The notes under the pieces are model-generated. The model was not told where the DNA came from and ran no database searches. It saw only the letters and a program-made list of their open reading frames with translations. Shown here one piece after another: positions 29,026 to 38,783 of a stretch of DNA of 39,054 nt. A program made the position numbers and the translations under genes. The number at the start of each line of letters is the position of its first letter. The stretch's first letter is position 1. This stretch comes from a virus (taxonomy: Duplodnaviria > Heunggongvirae > Uroviricota > Caudoviricetes): the IMG/VR virus record IMGVR_UViG_2874945390_000007, one strand, 5' to 3'.

Positions 29026-29613
29026 GTGCTGATTGGCTATGTAAGGGTATCAACAAATGACCAGAATACAGACCTGCAACGAAACGCTCTTGTTTGTGCA
29101 GGATGTGAACAAATATTTGAAGATAAATTAAGCGGGACAAAGACAGACCGACCGGGATTAAAACGCGCTTTAAAGCGCCTTCAAAAAGGTGACACGCTGG
29201 TTGTCTGGAAACTGGATCGCCTCGGGCGAAGCATGAAACATCTGATTTCTCTCGTCGGGGAACTACGGGAGCGAGGAATTAATTTTCGCAGTCTGACCGA
29301 CAGCATAGATACATCTTCTCCAATGGGGCGTTTTTTCTTCCACGTGATGGGTGCCCTGGCTGAAATGGAACGTGAATTAATTGTTGAACGTACACTGGCC
29401 GGACTGGCGGCAGCACGCGCACGGGGGCGCACAGGCGGACGTCGACCGAAGCTGACAAAAGAACAGCATGAGCAAATAGCAAGGCTGATCAAAAACGGGC
29501 ACGACAGAAAACAACTGGCAATAATTTACGGCATTGGTATATCGACGATTTATCGTTACCACCCCGCAGGAGAATCAATCGGAACAATAGAGAAGAGTCA
29601 GGAAACAAAATAA
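29026..29613 (+). CDS. pin: serine DNA invertase, Pin/Gin/Hin/Cin family
   Basis: ORF 29008..29613 (TTG); preferred GTG start 29026 giving (M)LIGYVRVSTNDQNTDLQRNAL...LVVWKLDRLGRSMKHL...GINFRSLTDSIDTSSPMGRFFFHVMGALAEMERELIVERT... nearly collinear with e14 Pin; catalytic Ser in YVRVST. Confidence 0.92.
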   Translation: MLIGYVRVSTNDQNTDLQRNALVCAGCEQIFEDKLSGTKTDRPGLKRALKRLQKGDTLVVWKLDRLGRSMKHLISLVGELRERGINFRSLTDSIDTSSPMGRFFFHVMGALAEMERELIVERTLAGLAAARARGRTGGRRPKLTKEQHEQIARLIKNGHDRKQLAIIYGIGISTIYRYHPAGESIGTIEKSQETK

Positions 29614-29641
29614 CCGCTAATCTGACCATTAGCGGTTTTTG
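29613..29641. terminator. hairpin terminator between convergent pin and U
   Basis: accgctaat-ctgacc-attagcggt followed by ttttt; complement side also followed by a T-rich tract. Confidence 0.6.
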
Positions 29642-29648
29642 TGTTAAA

Positions 29649-30143
29649 TCAGAACAACCCTTTAACTGAACTGGCCGCGCTGTTAAGGGATGATGTTACC
29701 TTATCTTTGAAGCCGGACAGCATATCGCTGAACGATGAGGATTGCAGGCGCTCCCGCAAATCCTCATCACAGCGTTCAAGAGTCAGTGAAAATTCTATCT
29801 TTTTCGCCTTACCGTAGCGATCAAACTCGGAGCGGGTCGTATTCGTTTCGGTCAGGACATACATGCCGTAAATCTGCCCGACGCCATCAATCAGAGGCCA
29901 GGGTCGTCCTGTATACGCCTGCGTGGTCAGCAGCGACAGCGACACTTCGCCACCTGTAATTTCAGGATAAAGCACACCAGAAAGAACGATGCGCTCATCA
30001 CCTGCACCGATATACTGCCAGCTTGCCGAACGGTTAACGCGTTCATTTTTCACATGCCGCCAGCTTTTGTTTTGCTGTAACTGCTGATGCGGCAATGTAC
30101 GCAGCTCAAAAACAAACATGCCGTAGATCATCATCATGGCCAT
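29649..30143 (-). CDS. U: tail protein U
   Basis: 164-aa ORF ...FVFELRTLPHQQLQQNKSWRH...GRPWPLIDGVG... resembling P2 gpU. Confidence 0.8.
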   Translation of the reverse strand: MAMMMIYGMFVFELRTLPHQQLQQNKSWRHVKNERVNRSASWQYIGAGDERIVLSGVLYPEITGGEVSLSLLTTQAYTGRPWPLIDGVGQIYGMYVLTETNTTRSEFDRYGKAKKIEFSLTLERCDEDLRERLQSSSFSDMLSGFKDKVTSSLNSAASSVKGLF

Positions 30144-30149
30144 GACTCC

Positions 30150-32993
30150 TCAATCTTTATCGTAAAAACTGCCACGCCCGGCACGGGCGCGCCGTTCCAT
30201 TTCTGCCCTGACCATTTCACCGACCAGTTTCGCCAGTTCGCGGGGATTCTGCGTAACAACGTTATGCAGATGAACATGAATTTCACCACCAAATCCGGAG
30301 GCAACAGGCTCCCGGTTACGGGAAGTTACAGGAACTGATGCCACTGGAGAGCGTATGGCCTCCGCCACCGGGCGGGAGCTGGCCGCAACAACAGGGACCA
30401 GCGCCGGAGGCAGCGGAGCCGGGACCACGGGTGTGATATTAATTGCGGGGGCAGGCTTACTGACCTGCGCAATCTTCCGCTCCTGCCACTCCCCACGAAC
30501 AGCAAGTGCGCGGGGCAGGTTCTTAAAGACAATATCGCCGGGGCCAATGCGTTTTTTCGTCTCATCAACCAGCTTACCTGTGTTATCAGCAATTTTGCTG
30601 AGTCTGCGTAGCGTCCCGGTATTGCTGTCTGTGAGCGGTTTGTTGTCTTTGGGTTTATCACCTCCGGTGCCATTGCCATTTTCCACAGGCTTCGGCGGAT
30701 TGATTTTCGCCAGGTTCCCCTGAAGCAAGGCAACCTTGTCCTGAAGAATGGCCGCACGCTGTGCGTCTTCGATTTTCTTGCGCGCCCTTTCCGCTTCATC
30801 CGGAAGGACGCCAAGTTTTTCAAGTATCCACGCCAGCGTATCCAGTAGCATTTTTGCAGGTGTCAGAACAAGTTGTAACGCACCGCCAAGAACGTTACCG
30901 AATATCTCGCCAGCACTGGCACATTTATCCAGCGTTTCCTTGCTGGACTCCATCGGTGACAGCAGCGATTTAAACCAGTTAAAGACCTGAATAATCCCAT
31001 CGCGCACGACATCAAAAACAGGGCCAAACCGTTCAAAGGTTTCGCGCAACGGGGTCAGCCTTTCCATAATCCCGCTGAACACCCCGGCAAAAAATGCCCT
31101 GATGGGATCCCAGTATTTCCAGATAAGAACGGCAGCTCCGGCAAGCGCAGCCACGATAAGACTAACCGGACTGAACAGCGCCCCGATAGCGCCACCAAGT
31201 AAAGAAACGGAACCCGTCACCATTCCCCATAATGCAGGCAGAACCCTGACAACATTCATTGATTCGGTCAGGAGAGAAAAACCGAGACGCAACGTAGCCA
31301 GCTTCCCGTGAAGCACCCCAATAACCAGAGACAACGAACCAACCGTTGCTGTTGTCGCCAGCAGTGCGCCTCCCGCTATCAGTAACTGGCGCGTCAGTGC
31401 CGGGTGGGCCTGCGCCAGCGCCGTCACCTTTGAGACAACCCGCGTGAGCCACTGCGTGACAGAACGCAGCGGACCGTCAACCAGATCACTGATGCGAATA
31501 CGCAGACCTTCCCATGCACTGCCGAGTGATTTCAGGTTGCCATCAAGGTTATTGGCCATAACCTTTGCCGTGCGTTCTGCCTCACCGCGCGCGCCTTCAA
31601 GTTCTTTTCTCAGTTTGGCTAAGAAGCCGTCACCTGCCGCATCAACGAGGCCCATAAATGATGTGAAAGCCTCTTCTCCGGCAATGTCCTTAAAGAACGA
31701 TACCCGGTCAACCTCCCCGTATTTGCGGGTGGCTTTATAGAGATCGGCCAGCACATTCTCCATCGGGCGCATTTTGCCTTTGGCGTCAGCAACTGACACC
31801 CCCAGCTCTTTCAGTGCTTCTGCCGCTGCCTTTGGCGGTGATGACAGATTGGCCAGGCTTTTACGCAACGCTGTACCTGCATCACTCCCCCTGATACCCA
31901 TCTTCGCCAGCACGCCCGCCATCGCTGCGGCCTGCTCCAGCGATATTCCCAGCTTACCCGCCACCGGACCTGCATATTTCATGGTTTCGCCCAGTGCGCG
32001 AAGGTCAGTGTTGGTACGGGTAAACGCTGCGGTAAGTGTGTCACCGACCCGGTCCATCTGGTCAGCAGAGAGGCCGAACTGCGTCAGGATATTGGAACCA
32101 ATATCCGCCGTCTCGCCGAGGTCCATACCGCCAGCCGTTGCCATGCTCAGCACGCCGGGAAGCGCAGCCTGAATGGCCTGCGGTGTGAAACCAGCCATTG
32201 CAAGAAATGCCTGTCCACTGGCGGCATCGCCTGCGGTGAACTGCGTTTCAGAGCCAAGTTTTAACGCCTGCTCACGCAGCGCCTTAAACTGCGGGCTGTT
32301 TTTATCGATTCGCGTCAGTGCCTGAACACGGGACATCTCTTTCCCGAACCCGATAGCGGGCTGCAAAAAACGCCCGGCAGCATAGCCGCCCGCTGCCGCC
32401 GCACCTGTTGCCAGCGCACCACCTGTTTTCAGTTTTCCCGCTGTTTCCTGCGCGCGTGAATACCGCTCACGCGCCTGCGTTACACGCGCAAGCGCCCGCC
32501 GTTCGCGTTCAAGCTGGTTGTTGTATTGTCCGGTGCGTCTGATGGCCTGCTGGATGGTGTTATCGCTGCCTGTCAGGGAAATGCCGTGGCGTTTCAGCTC
32601 TCCGCCAAGTTCCCGCATTTTCTGAATTTCCCGTGTGCGCGATTCATTCAGGCGTTCAAGCCGGGTGCTTAACTGCTGCATCAGCTTTTGTTGTTTTTCG
32701 CTGAGCACTGTACCCGTGCGTTGTAACTGATTAAGGGCGTTAAGCTGGCGTCGTGCTTTCACGATGCCCGCATCCGCTTTACTGACAGCGTCACGGGCGC
32801 GCTCAAATGAACGCGCCTGACGCTCGAGATTTTTGATCGCCCCCTGCGTTCGCTGGATGGAGTCACCAAACTGCCCCATCAGGCGGCGGGCGTTTTCGGC
32901 AGGCCGGGTCAGCCTGTCAACGGCGCTGAAAGCGACCCGGATATCAAGAGTCTTCATTGTCTGCATTCCCGCTGCGAAGTGCCGCCCGCTCAC
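30150..32993 (-). CDS. T: tail tape measure protein T
   Basis: 947-aa ORF, helical/Ala-rich with central hydrophobic segment; position between E/E' and U. Confidence 0.88.
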   Translation of the reverse strand: MSGRHFAAGMQTMKTLDIRVAFSAVDRLTRPAENARRLMGQFGDSIQRTQGAIKNLERQARSFERARDAVSKADAGIVKARRQLNALNQLQRTGTVLSEKQQKLMQQLSTRLERLNESRTREIQKMRELGGELKRHGISLTGSDNTIQQAIRRTGQYNNQLERERRALARVTQARERYSRAQETAGKLKTGGALATGAAAAGGYAAGRFLQPAIGFGKEMSRVQALTRIDKNSPQFKALREQALKLGSETQFTAGDAASGQAFLAMAGFTPQAIQAALPGVLSMATAGGMDLGETADIGSNILTQFGLSADQMDRVGDTLTAAFTRTNTDLRALGETMKYAGPVAGKLGISLEQAAAMAGVLAKMGIRGSDAGTALRKSLANLSSPPKAAAEALKELGVSVADAKGKMRPMENVLADLYKATRKYGEVDRVSFFKDIAGEEAFTSFMGLVDAAGDGFLAKLRKELEGARGEAERTAKVMANNLDGNLKSLGSAWEGLRIRISDLVDGPLRSVTQWLTRVVSKVTALAQAHPALTRQLLIAGGALLATTATVGSLSLVIGVLHGKLATLRLGFSLLTESMNVVRVLPALWGMVTGSVSLLGGAIGALFSPVSLIVAALAGAAVLIWKYWDPIRAFFAGVFSGIMERLTPLRETFERFGPVFDVVRDGIIQVFNWFKSLLSPMESSKETLDKCASAGEIFGNVLGGALQLVLTPAKMLLDTLAWILEKLGVLPDEAERARKKIEDAQRAAILQDKVALLQGNLAKINPPKPVENGNGTGGDKPKDNKPLTDSNTGTLRRLSKIADNTGKLVDETKKRIGPGDIVFKNLPRALAVRGEWQERKIAQVSKPAPAINITPVVPAPLPPALVPVVAASSRPVAEAIRSPVASVPVTSRNREPVASGFGGEIHVHLHNVVTQNPRELAKLVGEMVRAEMERRARAGRGSFYDKD

Positions 32994-33473
32994 GCCAGCT
33001 AACCACTTCGCCGGGCGTCATCATGAAGATTTCGGCGGGCGACCAGTTAAAAATGGCGGCAATATCCGCCACAAAGTCTTCTATGTGCTCAAAGCACACA
33101 ACCGTGATCAGGCTTCCGTCGCCTGTTCGTTCTTCTCGCCAGAGTCCGCACCGCTCAAAAAATTTACGGCAACCACACATAACTGAATAAAGTCACGGGA
33201 TGCCATTTTTTTGATCGTCACTTCATCCAGTCGCGGTGATGTCACGCGTGACAGCAGCGTAAACATGGATTCCGCTTTCAAATTCAGCACATCAGACAGC
33301 GACAAATCTCGCAGAGATCCAGCCTGCTCAATAGCCCCGGTGATCTCCACATACGTGATTTTTTCGCCGCCTCGCTCAATTGGTTGGGTAAGTTTTACGC
33401 CACGCTCACTGGTTTCTTTCACAGTGTCAGCAACGACCGTGTTTTCGGTATCGATGTTTTTCGTCTCTTTCAT
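32944..33473 (-). CDS. E+E' programmed -1 frameshift product
   Basis: Minus-strand -1 frame ORF (32944..33180 in track) continues from the A7 slippery run inside E and overlaps the start of T, as for P2 E/E' and lambda G/GT. Confidence 0.6.
33108..33473 (-). CDS. E: tail assembly chaperone E
   Basis: 121-aa ORF upstream of T; contains slippery A7 run (complement of 33204..33212). Confidence 0.75.
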   Translation of the reverse strand: MKETKNIDTENTVVADTVKETSERGVKLTQPIERGGEKITYVEITGAIEQAGSLRDLSLSDVLNLKAESMFTLLSRVTSPRLDEVTIKKMASRDFIQLCVVAVNFLSGADSGEKNEQATEA

Positions 33474-33527
33474 CAGGAAACTCCTTTCAGTCAGAGGCGA
33501 CGCACTGCGCCGCCTGCATATTACTTA

Positions 33528-34040
33528 TCAGCCAAGCCCGAGCGCGGAACGGATGCGATCGGGCACAATGTCCCTGCCGTCCTTCCGGTAAATGAAGTTC
33601 AGCAGGTCAATCTCCCACAACGGGCGATCGTTAACACTCAGCTTGTAGTAGGTGTTTTTAATGGCGTAAGTGTGTGATGTGGCTTCGCCCTGTTTGGCTT
33701 CCCCCATATCAATTTCCGTCACACGTCCGCGCATTTCGACTTCATACAGGTCGCTTTCAGCGTCGGTGTAGTATTCACCCGCAAAACGCAGCAGCGTACC
33801 GTCAATCGTGCCGCCATACTTAAGGAACAGCTCACGAACTGCGCCCCCCATGACAAAGCTCGCATCAAGCGCGGAGTCATCCAGGCCGAGATCAATACTT
33901 ACCGCTCCCATCATGCCACCACCCCGGTAGCTGTCGGTTTTGCGCGTCAGCTTAGGCAGAGTGACGGACGTCACCTTACCCACTTCGTTTTCACCATCCA
34001 CAAACAGCGTAAAAAAGCGAAGATGTTTTGGTACAGCCAT
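33528..34040 (-). CDS. FII: tail tube protein FII
   Basis: 170-aa ORF; size and position as P2 FII. Confidence 0.85.
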   Translation of the reverse strand: MAVPKHLRFFTLFVDGENEVGKVTSVTLPKLTRKTDSYRGGGMMGAVSIDLGLDDSALDASFVMGGAVRELFLKYGGTIDGTLLRFAGEYYTDAESDLYEVEMRGRVTEIDMGEAKQGEATSHTYAIKNTYYKLSVNDRPLWEIDLLNFIYRKDGRDIVPDRIRSALGLG

Positions 34041-35224
34041 CAGGCACCTCCCAGCACCGCAAATGCGGGACCAAAGAATTCATCAGTAAACGACTGGTAA
34101 AGCTCCATGTCTTCCAGCGGGGGAACAGGCGTATATTTGTAGCGAATACGCACGCGCCCCTGACGTAAATTCGTGGTGCCGTTATCCACCACGTCATACC
34201 AGCACGACGCCCCAATCAGTTTCCCGGCAGTAACCAGTGAATCCAGTTTTGCCCTGATGGCACCGATAACATCCTTCACGTTCGCAGGCGTCAGTGGACT
34301 GTCGATGGTTTCAAACTGCGCTTCCGCAATTGAATCAGCCAGCACCTGTGCGGTTCGGGTATACACCTCAAAGATGTAGGCGTTCGTTTCCGGTGTGCGG
34401 TTGCCCCAGAAGCGGAACCCGTTGCGACGAATAATGGTCGTGATTTCTTTGTTGTTGAGGCTGTTGGCATCACTGTCTTCGGCCTGCAACGACCAGAACA
34501 CATGCCTGGACATCCCCAGCACATTTTTAACCGGAACGTTGGACAGCGATTTGTGCCAGCCCTGCTCATGGTCAATGTACGCACGAAGGCCGCACGCATA
34601 GGCAGGCGCGGGGAACGTTTCGTTTTTGCCACTTTTCGGGTTGTAGGCGATGAAGTCCGGCCATAAGAGCATCACCTCACGTTCGTTGAATTTCTGGCGG
34701 TAGGTAATTGCCTCAGCCATCGTGTTACAGTCATGACATGAGGCATACACAAACGCGCGCAGTTTACCCGCAATCACGCACAGGGATTTTGTCACCGCCT
34801 CCGTGTCCAGCTCCGGCGCGGCCAGAATACGCGGACGGTATCCGATGCTTTCATCCTGCTCTGCAACAAGCAGCGCATACATCCCCGTATAGCTGCCGTC
34901 AGATTCAGAACCACCGATAACCAGTTGATCCTGCGTTTTTCCGTCTTCTTCTTTGTGTTCAGCCACGCGAACGACGATCACCTTTGTGCTCACCTGGTCT
35001 GCGATGGCCTTAAGCGCACGATAAAGCGTCCCCGTTGTTCCGCATTTTCCCAGCACGTCATTGACGCGGGGCAGCAGTGTGGGCTTGTTCAGCGGGAACA
35101 GCTCCGCGTCCGCATCATCCGCCGTTGCCACGATACCGATAACGCTGGAATCAACATCGTTAATCGCTGTTACCAGGTCGGTATTTTCCGTAACACGGGC
35201 ACCATGAAAACGAGTTTCACTCAT
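34040..35224 (-). CDS. FI: contractile tail sheath protein FI
   Basis: 394-aa ORF with ...FPLNKP..., ...KLRAF..., ...LLWPDF..., ...DHEQGWHKSLSNV..., ...IRRNGFRFWGNRT..., ...YTRTAQV..., ...YKYTPVPPLE... matching P2 gpFI. Confidence 0.92.
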   Translation of the reverse strand: MSETRFHGARVTENTDLVTAINDVDSSVIGIVATADDADAELFPLNKPTLLPRVNDVLGKCGTTGTLYRALKAIADQVSTKVIVVRVAEHKEEDGKTQDQLVIGGSESDGSYTGMYALLVAEQDESIGYRPRILAAPELDTEAVTKSLCVIAGKLRAFVYASCHDCNTMAEAITYRQKFNEREVMLLWPDFIAYNPKSGKNETFPAPAYACGLRAYIDHEQGWHKSLSNVPVKNVLGMSRHVFWSLQAEDSDANSLNNKEITTIIRRNGFRFWGNRTPETNAYIFEVYTRTAQVLADSIAEAQFETIDSPLTPANVKDVIGAIRAKLDSLVTAGKLIGASCWYDVVDNGTTNLRQGRVRIRYKYTPVPPLEDMELYQSFTDEFFGPAFAVLGGA

Positions 35225-35381
35225 AGCTTCAACCCCTTGTATCCGTTAAATGATTCGGCAACAATCATCACCCACCACGCGCGTAATCTCACCCCTGCGC
35301 CATTCTCCCGCCACGGCGACAACAAAAAGCAGTAACCCCCTCCGCACGCACATGCGACCATGCCACACAGGGAGGGAGCAG

Positions 35382-36491
35382 ATGACCGACACCACCATGC
35401 AATTGCTCAGTCAGGGCACAGACCCCGTGAAAATGCCGGATTTTGATATTCTCGCGGAGGGTAAAACGCTGTCAGGCGTGGCAGAGCGCCTGATGAGCCT
35501 GTCACTGACCGACAACCGGGGATTTGAGGCGGACCAGCTCACCATCACGCTGGATGATGCGGATGGTCAGTTGCAGCTACCGCCACGGGGCGCGCGCCTG
35601 ACGGTTCTCATTGGCTGGAAGGGAGAACCGCTGACAGAAAAAGGCACTTACATTGTTGATGAAATCGCTCACGAAGGACCGCCGGACAGGCTGACTGTTT
35701 CAGCCAGAAGCGCAGATTTTCGGGCTGAATTTAACGTTAAACGTGAGGTGTCCTGGCATGATGTGACCGTTGAGCGTGTGGTATCCGCCATCGCTCATCG
35801 GTATGGTCTGAAACCGCAAATCAGCGAAATGCTGATGGATATCGAAATCGACCACGCCGACCAGACCGAAGAAAGCGACATGTCCTTCCTTACGCGCATG
35901 GCGGAAATGCTGGGCGCAATCACCACGGTAAAAAGCGGTAATCTGTTATTCATCATGCCCGGTGGTGGCGTGAACGCACAGGGCCAGCCGTTGCCCTCGT
36001 TCGCCATCACACGCAGCAGCGGCGATCGCCATCAGTTCCGCATTGCTGACCGCGAAGCGTATACGGGGGTACGCGCTTACTGGCTTGATCTTAATTACGG
36101 GAAAAAGAAAAAAGTCAGCGTGAAACGCCGCAAACCGTCAAAACCAAAAAAGGAGAAAAGCAGCAGCCGGGAAGGCGACTATATGGAAGGTGCGGAAGGC
36201 AACGTGTTTGTGTTACGCAAAACTTATCAGAACGAGCAGGCAGCAAGACGTGCAGCGGCGGCAAAGTGGCAGCAGCTACAACGCGGAGCCGCATCATTCT
36301 CCATCACACTGGCGCATGGACGTGCAGAACTCTACCCCGAAATGCATGGCACGGTAACAGGATTTAAAAGCGAGATTGATAATCAGGACTGGATTATTGC
36401 AAAAGCCGAGCACACCATTGATAACAGCGGCTTTACCACGCAGCTTGAGCTTGAGGCAAAAATCCCGGAATGGATAGCAGAAACAGAGTGA
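35382..36491 (+). CDS. D: tail protein D
   Basis: ORF 35250..36491; ATG 35382 (MTDTTMQLLSQGTDPVKMPDFDILAEGKTLSG...) preceded by GGGAGGGAG; about 369 aa. Confidence 0.85.
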   Translation: MTDTTMQLLSQGTDPVKMPDFDILAEGKTLSGVAERLMSLSLTDNRGFEADQLTITLDDADGQLQLPPRGARLTVLIGWKGEPLTEKGTYIVDEIAHEGPPDRLTVSARSADFRAEFNVKREVSWHDVTVERVVSAIAHRYGLKPQISEMLMDIEIDHADQTEESDMSFLTRMAEMLGAITTVKSGNLLFIMPGGGVNAQGQPLPSFAITRSSGDRHQFRIADREAYTGVRAYWLDLNYGKKKKVSVKRRKPSKPKKEKSSSREGDYMEGAEGNVFVLRKTYQNEQAARRAAAAKWQQLQRGAASFSITLAHGRAELYPEMHGTVTGFKSEIDNQDWIIAKAEHTIDNSGFTTQLELEAKIPEWIAETE

Positions 36492-36716
36492 GCAACTTAA
36501 ATGTATTAACTCAGAACGGATCAACACACTCACAACATAGAGTCAATATAGCTGCTCGCTTTGTTCCAGCAAGGATGCCTATTTCTAAGGAAAAACAGAG
36601 CAGAAACATATGGTGTTTTCCTACCTGACATCAGGGGTGGTAAGAATCATGCTTTGATAACCAATTGATAACTATTATTATATTAATCTAACACCATTGA
36701 CATAGTTGAGGTTTGA

Positions 36717-38219
36717 ATGAACAAAAAGCTGTATTTATTCCCAGACTCAAACATTTTTCTACAATGCAAGGACTTGACGCAGGTAAATTTTTCCGAGATT
36801 ACTGCTTGTGATGAAGTATGTATCATTATTACAAGGCCCATTCAGCAAGAGATTGACCGCCAGAAAGGGCAAGGTAATTCCCGCCTATCCAAAAAAGCAA
36901 GGAAGGCTGCTAGCCTATTTAATCAAGTAGTTGATTCAACTGACATGACTCTTGTTATTCGTGAACGCTCGCCGCGAGTTTTTCTTACCATGGATCTAAG
37001 CCTGAAACCATGTGAACAGTTATCTGAACAATTGGATTATCAGGAGGCCGACGATCGTTTTGTTGGTATTGCGGCAGGGTATTGCGCTGACGATCCAGAT
37101 TCGGAGGTGGCAATCATTACCAATGATAGCGGTCCACGTTTTTCAGCAATAAAACATAATATAATCTGCTATAAAGTGCCTTCTTCATGGTTGCTTCCTG
37201 CTGAGCCAGATGAAAAGGATAAACAAATTAAATTGCTGGAAGCTAAGCTGAAGCAATTCACTCAGTCTATGCCCGATTTCAGCATTAAAGTAGCCGATGA
37301 CGAGCAATTAAATATTGTACTTCCTTATTATACAGCTTTATCTGAATATGAAGTTGATAATTTGCTTTGTCAACTAACGGATGCATTCCCATTGGTTACA
37401 AACTTTGACAATGAACAAACTACCCCACAATCACTAGAAAAAATCATCAAGTCATTTAGTCAACAGGAGTATTTCCCTGTATCAGCAGATGATATTTCTC
37501 TTTATAAAGAAAAACATTATCCACTTTGGAAAAAGCAGTGTGAAGAAATACTGAAAAACTGTCATACTCATATTAATCCGAAGGCAATAAATTACCCGCT
37601 GTCGTTTTTATTACAAAACACAGGTTATACTATCGCTGAACGTGCTGTGGTAACATTTACAGCAAAAGGAGATTTTCGTCTGTGTGGATTTAATTGGGAG
37701 ATAATGGAAGAGCTGACTGAAAGCAAAAGGATTGACCTACCTTCAGCCCCTACCGCCCCCAAAGGAAAATGGCGTAGTGTATGTGGCGTAACAGAAAGAA
37801 TGCCTTACGCTGGGGGAGCTTTGGAAACACCGCTATCCAGTATAATTTCAAAAGAAATTGGTCCTTTGTTATCTCTTACTCCAACAGAAAGGGATAAAAA
37901 CGATTTTTATTATAAAGAAAAGAGAAATGAGCCAGTTCAAGTTGTATCGCTGGAATGCGAAGAGTGGCGTCATCAAGTCAAAGAAGAAATATTCCCGTTG
38001 TTCGTATATACAGCCAACAAACCAAAGAAAGTGAATGGTGCAATTGAGGTGAGAGTTGATGCAAATAACCTTACCAATCCGGTCATTAAAACATTTAAAT
38101 TAAAAATAACTATAGAAGAACATAGTGCATTTTCAACCATAACAGAAATGGTGCAGACATACATTCAAGAGCAGAAGAAAAGACAGAAAAGTTCTATTAG
38201 CGCACAAATCAAAACATGA
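36717..38219 (+). CDS. PIN-like nuclease domain protein (N-terminal PIN fold, about 350-aa C-terminal region of unknown function); candidate defence gene
   Basis: 500-aa ORF; N-terminus MNKKLYLFPDSNIFLQ... (first acidic residue), ...QQEIDRQ..., ...DDRFVGIAAGY..., ...VAIITNDSGP... fit the four-acidic-residue PIN pattern; visibly AT-rich relative to flanking D and ogr; AT-rich promoter-like upstream region with TTGATA hexamers. Confidence 0.6.
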   Translation: MNKKLYLFPDSNIFLQCKDLTQVNFSEITACDEVCIIITRPIQQEIDRQKGQGNSRLSKKARKAASLFNQVVDSTDMTLVIRERSPRVFLTMDLSLKPCEQLSEQLDYQEADDRFVGIAAGYCADDPDSEVAIITNDSGPRFSAIKHNIICYKVPSSWLLPAEPDEKDKQIKLLEAKLKQFTQSMPDFSIKVADDEQLNIVLPYYTALSEYEVDNLLCQLTDAFPLVTNFDNEQTTPQSLEKIIKSFSQQEYFPVSADDISLYKEKHYPLWKKQCEEILKNCHTHINPKAINYPLSFLLQNTGYTIAERAVVTFTAKGDFRLCGFNWEIMEELTESKRIDLPSAPTAPKGKWRSVCGVTERMPYAGGALETPLSSIISKEIGPLLSLTPTERDKNDFYYKEKRNEPVQVVSLECEEWRHQVKEEIFPLFVYTANKPKKVNGAIEVRVDANNLTNPVIKTFKLKITIEEHSAFSTITEMVQTYIQEQKKRQKSSISAQIKT

Positions 38220-38462
38220 GGGTGTACTCAAATAATACAATGCTATAGTAAATCTATAAGTGCATAACTATTTCCTGATCTTTTCCCAAAATAGATGACA
38301 GGATAAAAAACATTCCAATCTTTTACAGGCTTTGGATAAATCGTATCAAAGCCTATTTCTTCAAGAGTTAAATCACCGCTTTTCGCTCGAAACGGACTGG
38401 CTGTTGGAGTATGAGCCAGAACAACTTAGAATAGCCCCTGCACTACGTTAAGGGAGGTCGCT

Positions 38463-38723
38463 ATGTTCCGTTGTCCGCTTTGTGGCGCATCTGCCCGTAT
38501 CCGCACCAGTCGTCCGGAAAATGATTCAAACACCGTGCGGCAAAAGTATTACCAGTGTAACAATCTGGAATGCGGCGTATGCTTCTCAACACTGGAAGCT
38601 TTCCATAAATTCACATCAAAACACGCCTCCGGCGTTCACTCTTCAGAAGATATCCCGTGGCATGATCTGCCAGCTTCACACAGGGGAAACAATCAGATGA
38701 GCTTGCCTTTACCTCAGAATTAA
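38463..38723 (+). CDS. ogr: late gene transcriptional activator, Ogr/Delta zinc-finger family
   Basis: 86-aa ORF MFRCPLCGASARIRTSRPENDSNTVRQKYYQCNNLECGVCFSTLEAFHKF... with CxxC...CxxxxC as in P2 Ogr. Confidence 0.9.
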   Translation: MFRCPLCGASARIRTSRPENDSNTVRQKYYQCNNLECGVCFSTLEAFHKFTSKHASGVHSSEDIPWHDLPASHRGNNQMSLPLPQN

Positions 38724-38783
38724 CAGGCAGAATTGCCGGAGTAACAAAAAAGCGATAGATTACGCGCGGGTGCCTTTCGGCTG

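Noticed and set aside
35225-35381. Ogr-dependent late promoter (TGT-N12-ACA dyad) in the FI-D divergent intergenic region
   Set aside because: Only one TGT is present and no dyad with the expected spacing was found; my recollection of the consensus is also uncertain, so no promoter call is made.
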